Positions 14,102 to 26,600 of a stretch of DNA of 64,000 nucleotides are shown in pieces. Position 1 is the first letter of the stretch. Each line of letters opens with the position of its first letter. The stretch comes from Amoebophrya sp. A120. Taxonomy: Eukaryota > Protista > Dinoflagellata. Below the pieces are notes generated by a model. It saw nothing but the letters and a program-made list of their open reading frames with translations. It searched no databases and was not told the DNA's origin. Position numbers and translations under genes: made by a program. The stretch spans positions 5,513,709 to 5,577,708 of the forward strand of contig CAJINV010000002.1 of NCBI GenBank assembly GCA_905178155.1, written 5' to 3'.

Positions 14102-15253
14102 CAATATTCATTTGTCCCTCGATATCGATAAGTATCGATTATGTTGTCGCTTCAAACTTGTTGTGATTGTGATAATGATCTCATGCGCCGGGGGGGCACA
14201 TGCGGTGCCCCCAAAACAAGGGTCTTCTAGCTGCGCGTGCGCAGTCGTTCTTTGACAAGCAAAAGCAGTGCAGATCGTTCTTAAGTATACAAATTTTTGC
14301 ATCGTTACCTTCTCGAAAAAATGCAGCAGTAAGAGGAGTCGATGGATTGTCACACGTGATACAGCAAGGGAGAAGTTTATGACCAACTCGCGGAGCCGAA
14401 ACGAGGAGATTTGCAGGGTTACTGCTTTATCAACCGACTTCAATGCCCCCTCCTCTACAGCTTTCAATTGAATCAATGCTCCATTATCCTGACACGTGTT
14501 GTTGTTTTTTTTTCAATTATTTTTTTTCGTCTAGAAGTGATCACGACCCGAATCTCGCTTTTTTTCATGCGATCATGAGAAGCCACACGTATAAACGCAT
14601 ACGCATTGCTCATGGCTGCACCATTTTTCATAGAGACGTGGATACTCAACATATTTATTCATTGATACTACACCGTTGACATACACATAGGAATTTTGCT
14701 TAGAACAACAATGAGCGACTTGGACTTGCCTTCATGCTGCAAGCACAAATTTCCGCGCATCAACATCATGGTATGTGGTTTTAATGATCTCGAGCTGCTG
14801 CGCCGAGAGTTTGCTTGAGAAATAGATTCAAAAAATTTTGGTTTATTTGCACCTGAGGTAAAGATATGGTTCGTCATCTGCATTGTTGCAGATGCAGGCG
14901 GAGATGTATGCCGAATCATTATGAGAGGTTCACGTTCAGTTCCGTCTTAATTTGACCCATCGGTTATTTTGTTCCTCCTCGTCGGCGGTCACGTTAATTT
15001 CTTATATTAGCTTTTACGAGAAAGAACAACACCAAAACCGCAAACCGCAACAAGTTCAGCATGGATCAACCCGATCATCTTTCAGTCTTGAGGAGAATTT
15101 TTTTAGATCAGATTGACAGCACACGCTATTACCAACGAACTGCAGAGAACTGCAACTGGTTGTAGCAGCGTCGAGCAGCCTGGTTGTGGTTCTTGTACCA
15201 CTCTGCAATTTTTGGCCGCGGAACAGCTACCTGTGAAGCAAGTCCCGGCCAAC

Positions 15254-18200
15254 ATGAAGGCAGACTCTTCTTTGACCGATGCGGATGTAGTTGCATCTCC
15301 GACCACACGTGGACTGGGCGCGCCAGAACTGGGACCAGGACGACCTGCTGCACCAGCCGAAGAACTTCCAGAACATGATTTTTCTGCTCACGGATCAGCA
15401 CTACCGAACCATTCTCCGCACCTTCGTGATAACAACTCTGCTCCTGGTAGCCCTGACCGTGAACATCCCGACGTCCTCGCGGCTGGATCAACATTGTCCG
15501 ACCAGGTGAACGAAATAATTGTAGAGCAAAAGACGGAACAAGAAGACCCACTACACGGGGACGCCCTGCCACCCGCAGCGAATCTTGACGCGGACTACCA
15601 GCATCACCAGAGCTTCGGAACCGTCATGGTGGACGTGAAAAATCATGTAGCTGGTGAACAAGACCACAACCCGTGGGCAGCTCCCTCTGTGGCAGGTCCT
15701 ATGCCCCCGCCGGCGAATGCTCTTTACCAAACACAAACTGGTATGGAGCTACAACCGGTATTCTATCCAAACAACTGCAGTTTTTACGATGATCCACAAC
15801 AAGCCGAGGTCTTCAGCAACTACGGCTACAGCCCGCAGCAGCATGAGTTCTTTCAGGAGCCCTACCTTTACTACGATGGGAACAATGCTGGCCAACAGCA
15901 TCCTGCAGTGGTTATGACAAACCACATGCCCGACGGCGCACACGCATCAGCTTCGTCCTGCTCGTGGAGTCACGAGGTCCAAAATTCATGGGGCCAGCGG
16001 GACATGCACATGCAAAATTACAGGACGCACGGAAATTCTACTTCTGTTCCTGTTGGCAATGCAGTGCATTATGAGCAGCCCGCCTACAATCCACAGGAAA
16101 TATGGCTACAGACGCAGCCAAACTACTGTGCAACAACGCTGTCTTTTACCGAAAATGGTACGGCGAGTGAAAGTGGCCACAGTGGAACTGAAAAGACATT
16201 GGACAGAAATATCAGTGGCTCCTGTACTTCTTCTACGCCGTCCGCCAACGTTGAGACACCAACGGCGGCGCAGACAGGTGGACCTGCGCCAGAAGCGGTT
16301 GTTGAAAAAACAACTGCGCCAACAGAAATTGATGGCCCGACTTCCTCCACATCTTGCCCGTCGAGGTCCGCGTCTGTTTCCACGATACAAGGCGGTAGTG
16401 GTCCGCCCGATGAACTTTTAGGTTTGAATTTGAGCAGCCCGAGGAGTTGCAATCACCAGGACATACACACTGCTCAAGCTGCCCCGCGACGTGGCAATGT
16501 CGGCCCCATTTCAGCAAGAAGAGACAAAAGTATCGGCGCCGAAAGAACTACTACATCACCGGCCCAAAAACCTCCGACACTATTGGAAATCCCGACTCCG
16601 CAAAGTAGAGGGAGCGATGCCCCTTGTGTGCGGAGAAAAGATTTGAAATTTTTGGTTGACGATATCATGAAACCCGGTCCGGTGAAGAAGATACTAGAAG
16701 GCGGAATTTCTTCGGACAAGAAATCATGTGCCTCTCAGGAAGGTGGCACAGCCTCGTCTTCGTCCCAGACCGCACTCCAGCTCATGCGAGACTGTGAGCA
16801 CTTGGTGTTGCCATCCGACAAGGACCACCACGACTGTAGGACAATGCTGAGCTCCGCTCCCCAAAAGCAAAATGCGGCTCAAGTGCGGCCCGTGGAAACG
16901 GGCTCCACCACCCACCTCTTCGAGCCAGAGAATGAGCCGCGAGCATTTTCGTCACCGGAGCTGATACGTGGTGGGGAAGAGATGAGACGCGAGGAACGCG
17001 AGGAGCCTGAGAAGATCGGGGAGGACCGGCATCTTTCAGCACCCAAGACGGACACAGTTGCCAACGCTGCCGCACTGCTGATATCGCCTTCTGCTGGAAA
17101 ATTACCTGCAGCGCCGGGGCAAGGTGAGGAAAACAAGAACGGCTCTGCGATTTCCTCGAAGTTGCCGCGCTGCCGGCGCCAGAAAGCCGCTCTAAACCGT
17201 CCGGTCCAGACCCAGCTGTCCCAGTTGCATACGCATTTTGAACATGGTCTGTCTGATCATGAAAGCGCGGGACTCACCAGATCGAGAAGGAACAAGAGCA
17301 ACAAGACGTGCTGCCGTGGCTCCAAATCTGCAAATGACGGATCAGCAGTTGTACCTGTAGAAGCAAAAAGCACCACTTCAAAAAGCAAGCGAACCTTTGC
17401 GCCGTTTGAAGACAAGGTTAGATCTGGATTTCTGTTGCGAAAACGCGTTTCCGAAACCGTTTGTGGGACCACCAGACCGCACCTAGCTGCGAGCGCGAAG
17501 TTTCTGCAGGGACTGGGGATTGTTCAGAAAGGTCAGAAGAGCGGATTGAAACCGCAGCAGAATGGCAATGCCAATCCGACTTGTAGAAGCGAACGGCACC
17601 ATGAAGGTCGTGAACCAAATCAGCCTGTCCGCGGCAACCGTTTCATTTTCTATGCGCTGGACGGGAACACAAGGCAGGTTTTTCCCATCTCCCGCGACGT
17701 GTTTCAAAATTTCCGGAAATCCAATTGTGACCGCTATGAAGGGTTCAGGAAGTACCTTTTTCCACCGGTCGTGAACCCAGAGGAGGAGCCAGTCGACGAA
17801 CATAACCAGCAGAGACGAGTAGAAGCGGCTCCCGCACCATATAATTCTTCACGAGATGAACAAGGATCATTGTGCTTAGTTCCGTATTCAAGAGGACACG
17901 TCAGCCACAATACAGAATCGGACATCAGACGTCCACTCGAGCTACGTCGACAAACTGATGGCACTGATAGAAATTATTCCCAACATCCGAGCAATGGCAG
18001 ACGGCTGCACTTCGACAAAAAAGAAAAGTGGCTGGAGAAGCTCGTGCCGGTGAGGTTTAGCATTGCGACCTGCAAAGTTCCCGAAGAAAGTGGCACGGAA
18101 AGCACCAGTGAGGACGAGGAAATAACCATCAACGGGAGAATATCCATAAAGAAAGAACAACGCTTGACACAATATGTGTTAGCTAGGAGGAAGACGCGTG

Positions 18201-18265
18201 GTGCCCATGCTGTGCTACTGTGTGTTATGCATTATCTTGGTCGTCTTGGACGCCAGCTAGTATGA
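15254..18265 (+). CDS. Hypothetical low-complexity protein, ~1000 aa
   Basis: 3-kb ORF with first in-frame ATG at 15254. The true start is uncertain. Confidence 0.65.
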   Translation: MKADSSLTDADVVASPTTRGLGAPELGPGRPAAPAEELPEHDFSAHGSALPNHSPHLRDNNSAPGSPDREHPDVLAAGSTLSDQVNEIIVEQKTEQEDPLHGDALPPAANLDADYQHHQSFGTVMVDVKNHVAGEQDHNPWAAPSVAGPMPPPANALYQTQTGMELQPVFYPNNCSFYDDPQQAEVFSNYGYSPQQHEFFQEPYLYYDGNNAGQQHPAVVMTNHMPDGAHASASSCSWSHEVQNSWGQRDMHMQNYRTHGNSTSVPVGNAVHYEQPAYNPQEIWLQTQPNYCATTLSFTENGTASESGHSGTEKTLDRNISGSCTSSTPSANVETPTAAQTGGPAPEAVVEKTTAPTEIDGPTSSTSCPSRSASVSTIQGGSGPPDELLGLNLSSPRSCNHQDIHTAQAAPRRGNVGPISARRDKSIGAERTTTSPAQKPPTLLEIPTPQSRGSDAPCVRRKDLKFLVDDIMKPGPVKKILEGGISSDKKSCASQEGGTASSSSQTALQLMRDCEHLVLPSDKDHHDCRTMLSSAPQKQNAAQVRPVETGSTTHLFEPENEPRAFSSPELIRGGEEMRREEREEPEKIGEDRHLSAPKTDTVANAAALLISPSAGKLPAAPGQGEENKNGSAISSKLPRCRRQKAALNRPVQTQLSQLHTHFEHGLSDHESAGLTRSRRNKSNKTCCRGSKSANDGSAVVPVEAKSTTSKSKRTFAPFEDKVRSGFLLRKRVSETVCGTTRPHLAASAKFLQGLGIVQKGQKSGLKPQQNGNANPTCRSERHHEGREPNQPVRGNRFIFYALDGNTRQVFPISRDVFQNFRKSNCDRYEGFRKYLFPPVVNPEEEPVDEHNQQRRVEAAPAPYNSSRDEQGSLCLVPYSRGHVSHNTESDIRRPLELRRQTDGTDRNYSQHPSNGRRLHFDKKEKWLEKLVPVRFSIATCKVPEESGTESTSEDEEITINGRISIKKEQRLTQYVLARRKTRGAHAVLLCVMHYLGRLGRQLV

Positions 18266-19353
18266 AAGCTGCAACAGCAGGTCGGGATAGGTATTTTCGA
18301 GATGGAACAACGCACGGCAGACTTATCAATCCATTTAGTATCCCTGTAAAGAGAGTTGTTCTCCTCAATAGCCCAAATTTGATGCCGGGCGAAACAACGA
18401 CGGAACCATGTCCCAGGTAGGGCTCTTGACTCTAGCGCCGGAATTCGCATTGGCCTTCTTGCGGGACACAGAAACAATCAACATGCCGGGGAGTACTAGA
18501 TGCACACCTCCTGCTTGCACTCGTCCGGCAATAGAAGCGGTGCAAGCGCATGCAATCAAGGCACCGCGAGCGGCTTCTGCCACGGCTGCTCCTTCTCGGT
18601 CCACTGAGCCCAAATACCCCACTGACGATAAATCCGGAAAGACATCATCACTAGAAGATGAGCCTGTCGTCGTCGTGGCTGCGAGAACGTTCCAATGATA
18701 ATGCGCGGCTCGTCTGTCGTAGGAGAACCAGCTGGTCTTGCACAATGAAAGTGTGGTCGATTAGTATCCCTTGACATCTACTTAAGTACTTCTTTGCTAT
18801 TCCCGAAGACAAATTTATCTTGGTGTTGAAGCGCTCAGCACAACCACAAGGAGGCATCTTGAGATGGCGTTCTTGCACTCAGCACGCGTTGCCAACTGCA
18901 GAGCGTTGTAGTTGCAAGCCTGTTGTAGTTGCAGGCCTCGAGGTAGGTAGTGTTTTCCAAGTAGAACGATAAAGCCATTTCTTATCCAACAGGAAAAGGG
19001 CAATCAGGTCTGACGATCCATGGAGCAAAAATCTAGAAAATCCTGGTAGCGAAAAGTAGGAGTTGCAACGTCTTCTGGAGAGTAATGCAGATTCTCATCT
19101 GCGAGAGAAAATCATGTCAGTAGAATCGTTCTGAAAAGCTAAGTGCGCGATGACGGTCTTGAATGCATCAGGATGAGCAGTCGAATTTTGTTGAATTTCA
19201 TTACGTACGCGATAAGCTTAAGCAAACATTTAGATTCCACGAAAATGTAAATTTTTGATGAAATAACTGCGATAATGTCCTTGTGGAAGTTTTATTGATT
19301 CGTAATTTTCGGCTACGTTCATCTGCCTTACTCGCGAATAAGACCACGACTCC

Positions 19354-20586
19354 ATGGGCAATGTCTGTTGTGGTGGGCGACCGGAGCCCAGCACCCCGCG
19401 TGGGCGTCCCGAAGAACGCAATCAACGCCGTCGCACGGACGGGCAACCGGACACCCCGCGGGAGGTCACACCGAACAAGTACGGCCAGTACGTTTTACCA
19501 AATGCAAAAATGTCTGGGGCTGGGAGATGGCGAGATTTGTCATGCATATTTTGAATGACCCACGATGTCCGTGATGCATGCCCTAGCGTCACAGATTTTT
19601 AGACAACTTTGCGATGCCTCTACCGCATGAGAAACAAATGCCCTCTCCGCGTAGCACAAAGACAAACTGAAGTCCTCTTGCTGGTCGTGCAATACAAATT
19701 TTTTTTAGATTCCAGAGACAGCGTGACAAGTTTAGAATCTTCCAGACCCAGACATTTTTGCAATCCATACGTTTACACGGATGACAACTCGCGGTACCTC
19801 GGCCAGGAGTACGAGAAAAACCGGCACTTTGCGCAGCTCGCTGGGGACGCGATGGGGCAGTACGCGCAGAAGTCGCAGGAGCAGTGGCGGAAGGGGGATA
19901 AGAAAGCCGCCAAGGAGTTGTCCCTTCTGAAAGAGGAAAAGCGGAAAGAAATGGAGCACTACAACCGGCAAGCCGTTGCCGTCGTGCTGAGACCGCAGAT
20001 GCTACCAAGTGACGGTACCAAATTTCGGTCGAACAAGCTGGATTTGCATGGCCTGTACGTGTATCAAATGTAAAAATGTCTGGGTCTGGAAGATTAGAAC
20101 TTGTTATGCTAAATCTGAATGATGCAAAAATCTGTGTTGCGTGAGTGCCAAAAGCTGGCCGCTTCTGACCAAGTTGAGAGGGAGTTTCTCATGCAGGAAA
20201 GGCATGATAGAGACCTCAAAGAATCTGTCATGCTGAGTCTCGCACTCCAGACCTCATCGGTCTTGGGAAAGAACCTGCATCACAAATCTTGCATTCTTCC
20301 AGACCCAGACACTTTTGCATTTGATAACGTCAAGGAAGCGGAGGGCGTCGTGGAGCAGTTTCTGCGAGAGTTCAGTAAAGAGCAGAACACACGGTGGCAC
20401 GAGCTGGAAAGAAAAGAAGTGATGATTGTGGTCGGCGAGGGGCAGCATTCCGATTTCAACAAAGCTAAACTGCGGCCGGCAATAAAACGGCTACTGACGC
20501 GCAAAGGTTACAACTTCCACGAAGACGTGATGTTTAGTCCCCGAGGTGCGACGAAAAACTACGGAGCGCTGGTGGTTTCTGTATGA
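19354..20586 (+). CDS. DUF1771 + Smr-domain endonuclease-like protein, ~227 aa, 3 exons
   Basis: After removing 2 elements: KLDLHGLYV|KEAEGVVEQFL...IVVGEGQHS...KLRPAIKRLL...NYGALVV, which are Smr motifs, preceded by a DUF1771-like helix. N-terminus is MGNVCCG. Confidence 0.88.
19496..19769. mobile_element. Introner family A
   Basis: Perfect cgttt; 279 nt. Confidence 0.93.
20062..20326. mobile_element. Introner family A, inside the Smr motif
   Basis: acgtg/acgtc; 270 nt; splits DLHGLYV|KEA. Confidence 0.95.
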
Positions 20587-21630
20587 TTTTGGTATACTTG
20601 TTGAATAATGCGTTTTCTTCAAATTATCGCAAAGACAGCACTCACTTCTCAGATACTTAACTATCAACTGTGGCATGAAGAGCAGTAGACACCCATGAAT
20701 TGGAATTCCTTTATTTCTGGCGACAAAAAAATTTGATTGAAAGGCGTCGAGTTGCGTCTTCATCTATCATCTCTCGTGAGGAACACCGCCGAGACTACTG
20801 GTCGCTTCTGGACCTGTGTTGTAAGGCTCTCTTGTTGCTCCACCTCGATGTGAATGTGTTCCTCTCTGTCCGGAAAGATCTTGCCTAAAGCATAGCAGCT
20901 TCATCTGCACCACCGGCCTCGGTTTTTTATTTGATGTGCGGCCCAGTTCTAGTATCTAAACCAGACCATGATTGAACCTTTCCGTCCTCGAAAGAACGTT
21001 CAAATACAAAGAGTACACATCGTCGCCATTCGTTCTCCACTTATGTACGTAGTCGCCATCGCGATGATTACATAGAAGACATTGCATTCCTGTCGTGCTG
21101 CATCGCAGAGCCTACCAAAAAGCATCGCGCACGAGAAAAATCGTCCACATTGTCATTATCCTAGAAGTAGAAGAATCCATCGCTCCTTCCTTCTCCAGGA
21201 AAAGCAAGAAAAACAGGAAGAACAAGTCGTGCTGCTTTGAATAATATAAGGCACAGGCTCTGCTTGTGATATAGTATTGAAACATTCATCGTGCACAGGT
21301 CGGTGGCTTACGGCAAAAATGGTACACAATGAGGGTACCACGTAGAATCCCACCCTGTATAAGTATTACTCCTCCTAGGAATAGTGTTAGTACCACAATT
21401 TTCAGGTAGCAGTCATGCAACTCCTTCGATATACTAATTGAGCAGAAGTTCTCAATCTATTCAACTTCTACGGGCCGCGCCATTCTTGCTCCCCAATTTC
21501 ATATTCAACTACATATGTGTACAGTCCTTCGCTAGAAGCCACAGAAACGATCCGGACGTTAAGTAATATCAGTAATTACTATACCGTAGTAGAATTACCG
21601 GAGAAATTATCACCCCGCCCAGTTTCAGTT

Positions 21631-22833
21631 ATGCCAATCGTTTCGTCCAACCCCCCACCCTCGAGCAGCTCCGTAGTTGGTGCGATCTCCATCCGTGCCA
21701 CCAACGGAGGAACTACAGCTGCAAATCCGACATCCAGAAGTGTCTCGTCGTCCCTGACGGCGTCGCCTATGGCCGTCAACGCTATTTCAAGAAGCACGGC
21801 ATCTTTGACCACTACAAGCGCAGCTGCAAGACCAACAGCAACTTCTAGCGGTAGTACTTCTATCCCGGCGACGACGAGCTCGAGTGTTCTCTCGATCACT
21901 GGTCGTGGCCGCTCGCTTTCGTCCGCAACGAACGGGTACGCCATTTCCGTCGCGCGCGCGGCGGCGGCAAGGGCCAATTCTGGCGCGGCAAGCACTTCCG
22001 AGTCCCAGAGGAACGCGATGCAGGACCGCCAACTGCTCCAACGGGCACAAAGGATCCAGAACCGCGTGGAGTCGATTTCCGATTTTTACCACAACAACCG
22101 CGCTGTCGTCGCCGACCTGGCCAGCTCCGCGAGCGACTTGCAGGTGGAAATCGAGCGGTCGAACAGTGAGCTGGAAACGCGACGGCAGGAGATCCAAGAT
22201 ATCAAATGTAAAAATGTCTGGGTCTGGAAGATTTCCAGGTTTGTCATGCACATTTTGCATGACTCCTGATGTCTGTGATGCATGCCCTAGCATCACAGAT
22301 TTTGTGAGGGCTTCCTGATGCCTATACCGCATGACAAATGCTCTGTCCGTGTAGCAGAACTTGGACGCTCTTTGCTGCTCATGCAATACAGATTTTTTTA
22401 GAATCCCAAATCAGCATGACAAGTTAGATTCTTCCAGACCCAGACATTTTTACATTTGATCCAGGACTTGCGGGAACGACTCCAGCTGGCGCAGCAGCTC
22501 CGGGACCGCGCCATGGCCGACTACGAGCGGTCACTGGCTACGACGAACGCCCTGCAGAACGCCATTGAAGCCTTGACGGCGAACGCCGCCAACGCGGTGC
22601 ACGAAGCAATCAGGAACGTGGAGCAGGAAATCGCAAATGCGCAGATACGACAAGCGGAAAGTGACTTGCAGCAGCAGAATGTTGTGGTTCATGAGTTGAA
22701 CAATTTGAACATCCAAAATCTACAAAACCAAAACAACGCCCTGCATGCGCTCGTGCCCATGTCCCGCGCTTCGACCTTGACGCCCAGGTCGCTGGCGTCG
22801 GACTTAGGCACGGAATTTCAGGAGGACGACTGA
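21631..22833 (+). CDS. Ser/Thr-rich plus coiled-coil protein, ~311 aa, 2 exons
   Basis: ORFs 21517 and 22456 join in frame across element 22200-22461. C-terminal half is heptad-like and Q/E/L/N-rich. Confidence 0.75.
22200..22461. mobile_element. Introner family A
   Basis: caaga/cagga; 267 nt. Confidence 0.95.
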
Positions 22834-23650
22834 AGTGTGTGATTGCTGTGAGTGATCTACTTACGTCGAGGAAGCACATGCCAAGCTGTTTATTGAAACT
22901 ATAACTCGCATAGTGCCACAAAAGAACTGAAACGGGGCGCGAAGTAACAGTGCAGCCCTTCTTCCCAATGCGAGGTTAGTTGTTCTTGTTTGTGTGAGCG
23001 AACTTGTTCCTGCTCGGTCGTCTTGTCAATGTGAGCCTTGCGCCTGGGCCTGCCCCCGTTCTCGTTCATTAGACAGGGGCAGCATGGCGTCGCGTGGCTG
23101 TGGAGGGCGCATCGCAGTCAATTGTCGTGCGGCTCGGAGGTGTATTGATTTGTGCAGCCCAACAAGGCCAAGCGGTTTGATGGCTAGAAACTATAATCAC
23201 GGGGCAACGAGCTGTGTCTGCAGACACAAGCTGGGGTCACATGATCGTGTGGCGTCTGCCAGTAGTTGTTTTCGCCCCCGCGCAGTTACGTTGTGGAGTT
23301 TCGTAGTTGGTTGTAAAGAACCCAAAAAAAATGGTGCGAATGAGAGTTCCAAGAGTGTGAGGAATACTCGAGATGTCAAGTTCTCATCGTCTTCGTCTCT
23401 GACATCGCAATGTTTCATTCAGTCGATTTTTCGCGTATTGTTTCGCACATATTCGTGTCACCGAGAAAACGCATCCACCGAGCGATGGCATATATTTGCC
23501 TTGATTTCCCTCCATTTGGGAACAATAGAAGAAGGAGGAATGTAGATCTGGAACTACAACTAGAACCTTGAGAATGTAAAAAAATTGCAATGGGAATGAA
23601 ACTGAGTTAATTTTTCCGACCAGACTATTCCGCAGCAAAACCCCACAAGT

Positions 23651-26600
23651 ATGTCCGAAGAGCCAGCACCTCCCGCCGGCGCGGAGGAGCCCGCGGCTGC
23701 CGCTGCGCCGGAAGAAGCCGGTGCGGAGCAACCGAACGCGGCAGGTGCGGACGCGCAACAATCGGGAGCAGGTAGTAAACCGGGCGGACCATCAGCAGCT
23801 ACACCTGCGGCAGGTTCAGGTGGTCAGAGGTCTTCAGCTCCACCTGCGAAAACCACAGCAGCACCCCACGACGACGACGACGACCACAGTGACCACGACC
23901 ACCACGGCTTGCGGTACTGGCTTGAACACAACATCTTCGAACAACCAGTGTTCGAGATCGGGTTGATTTTCCTGATCATCCTCGATGTCGCGGTGGTTGC
24001 TACCATATGCATTGCAAATATGTCTGGGTCTGGAAACATTGAACTTCTAATGGTAGTCCAACATTCCTGCAAAATCTGTATTGCATCATGACTAACAAAA
24101 CGACGCCTCCTTTTGTCATACAAAAGCGCAGTTTGTCATGCTTGGCTGCACTTCTGGGAAGTATTTTAGTCGTGTACATTTCAGCATCACAAGTTTCCAG
24201 ACCGAGACATACTTATTTGCACTTGATACACCATGGCGACACTGGACACCATCGTCGAGTTTCCGTTCGACGCGTATCCTATGTAGAAACGTGCTCACAC
24301 CGTAGTCAAGATTGGAAATCTGCTAGACAAATCAACAAGCTTCGGCTGCTGCGCATGATAAGTTTGGCCGCGTAGTGTAATCCTGTCAAGCCTGGTCAGC
24401 AGCGTCACAGATCTCGCCTGCTATGCTGATTAGAGCACTAGAAACTCCAAAACACGAAAAGAGAATGCTTCTCATGCGGTTCCGCATGCCAAACGTTTTG
24501 AGCATGCAGATTTGCATGACAGCTATCGGCTGGAAGCGTTTTTACATAGGATATTGCGGACCCGAAGTTCGAGCCGGGCCGGGACTTCGCCCTAGTCTAC
24601 AACTGGCGCCACCATTTGCAGTTCTACGAGGGGTATCAAATGTAAAAATGTCTGGGTCTGGAAACTTGTAATGCTAAAAATGAATGATAGACGCACTGCA
24701 ATACGCAGCTATGCATGACAAATTTTTTGGCTGCCATGTCTTACGTATTCCGCATGGCAAACTGCGTTTTCGCATGACAGGTAAGAGGGCTTTTTCGTGC
24801 CTATGCAACACAGATTCCCGAGTCATGCCAGACAAGCATGACAAACTTGCATTCTTCCAGACCCAGACACTTTTACATCTCATAAGGGGTCCCCGGGCGT
24901 GTTTTACGAGAACGGACTCTACCACGAAATCCAGTCGGCGTTGTCGGGCGAAATAGTGAGAGGAAAAATCCCCCCTCCCCATATCGAAAAGGTATCTTTC
25001 CGAAAATTTGTGTTGCTGATTTGAGGTCACAAATCAATTTGTGTTGCAAGAAGACAAGGGCAGAAGCTTCCGCCCCATTATGGAAGCGGCTTGTCATGCT
25101 GTTGGGCCTAAAGGTCAGCCGTCTGCAATGCTGAACAACTAGACCCATACGCCCCTACCTAGCCTGGGGGTCTGGCCGCCATGCCTCTCTGCAATACAAA
25201 TCTGATTTGTGTACGCATATCCAGCATCACAGATTTCCTTTTTGATATGGGGTGGGGGGATTTTTCCTTTTCATACGAAAACGCCACTACTTCCAACACA
25301 TCAAACAGCAGTTCAGCGCTGGTCGGAAGCGGCTTCAGCGGGAGTAGCGGGGGGACAACCGCAACGTCGTTCTTGGCAGAACACGGAAATAATAAAATGG
25401 ACGATAAGAGTGTCCTGAGTTCGACAACGGCAATCGAGGCCAAAAATCAAGACGGAAGGGAAGACGAAATAAACCGTGAAAGAAAAACAGCAACCTCGTC
25501 GTCTTCGACAGAACCCGGGTCGTCGTTGCGAAAAAAACAGCGCCGGTATGAAAATTCGCACAACTTTCTTCTCCCACATTTGATGCGAGAGAACGACGGG
25601 CACGACGAAGGAGGAGCGGCACCGGAGTGGCAGCTGCAGTTGCAGCTGAATCATGAAGACAGCGCGGCCGCGGCATGGACCTCTTCACAACGACCTGAGG
25701 ACACAGTTTCGGTACAAAATGTCTCGCCCTCGTCGTCACAGCAACGCTTCGTGAAAGCCAATGCCAAAGCTACTACATCAACAAATGCGGACAGTTTGCA
25801 TAACATTAAAGCGAGGAACAGCAAAAGCAGATTGAGACGAGAACAACACGCGGAAAGAACTTCATTGTCCCCGCAACAAGATGAACACGAACCACTAAAA
25901 GATGTTGTTGGACCACAAGAAAACACAAATAGTCCCGGTAAAAAAACTGCGGTAGAAATATTCGCGCCCGGGGATGAAGATGAAGCTGAAGAACAACTTG
26001 CCAACACAGATGCAACAGCATCCTTGGTGCAGTTTTTGCAAACACAAAGTTCCGGCGGGGATCCGGTGCAAGAAGAAGAAGAAGACAGCGATGGATATCA
26101 GTACGAGAACTTTGCAACAAATCCTCTTCCTGTGAATCTGGAACGCAACAAGCGCCAGCTCCAGCTGCTCCGGCGCAGCGATTATTCGCCAGAGTTGCAT
26201 CAACATCAACTTCCAGAAACTGCTCATGACCGCGAGCTGATGCCCACCACGACCGAGGAGTCTACAGCTAGCGCAGCTGGTTCTCCTACTCACGCAAAAA
26301 CCAGCACCAGCAGTTTCTCTAGAAGAAGTACTCTAAAACGCTGAATTAGCGGCAAAGCCGGTAATCCCTGTGAAGTCCAAAAGCCCATGACCCTCGTGCA
26401 TCAAGGCCTGCCGGCCGTGCTTCAAAATCTTGGAGCAGAACTACTTTGCAAATTTGGCAAACGTGCCTTGCATGCTTCGTTTTGTCCAAATGCAGCAAAC
26501 CTGTGACGTTGCTCGTCGCCGCGGGCCTGGCTTACCTAACTTGCCTGCCCCAGGTGACAAGTCTGAAACGCAGCCGCCTCAGCGCACAGGCTTCGTAGAG

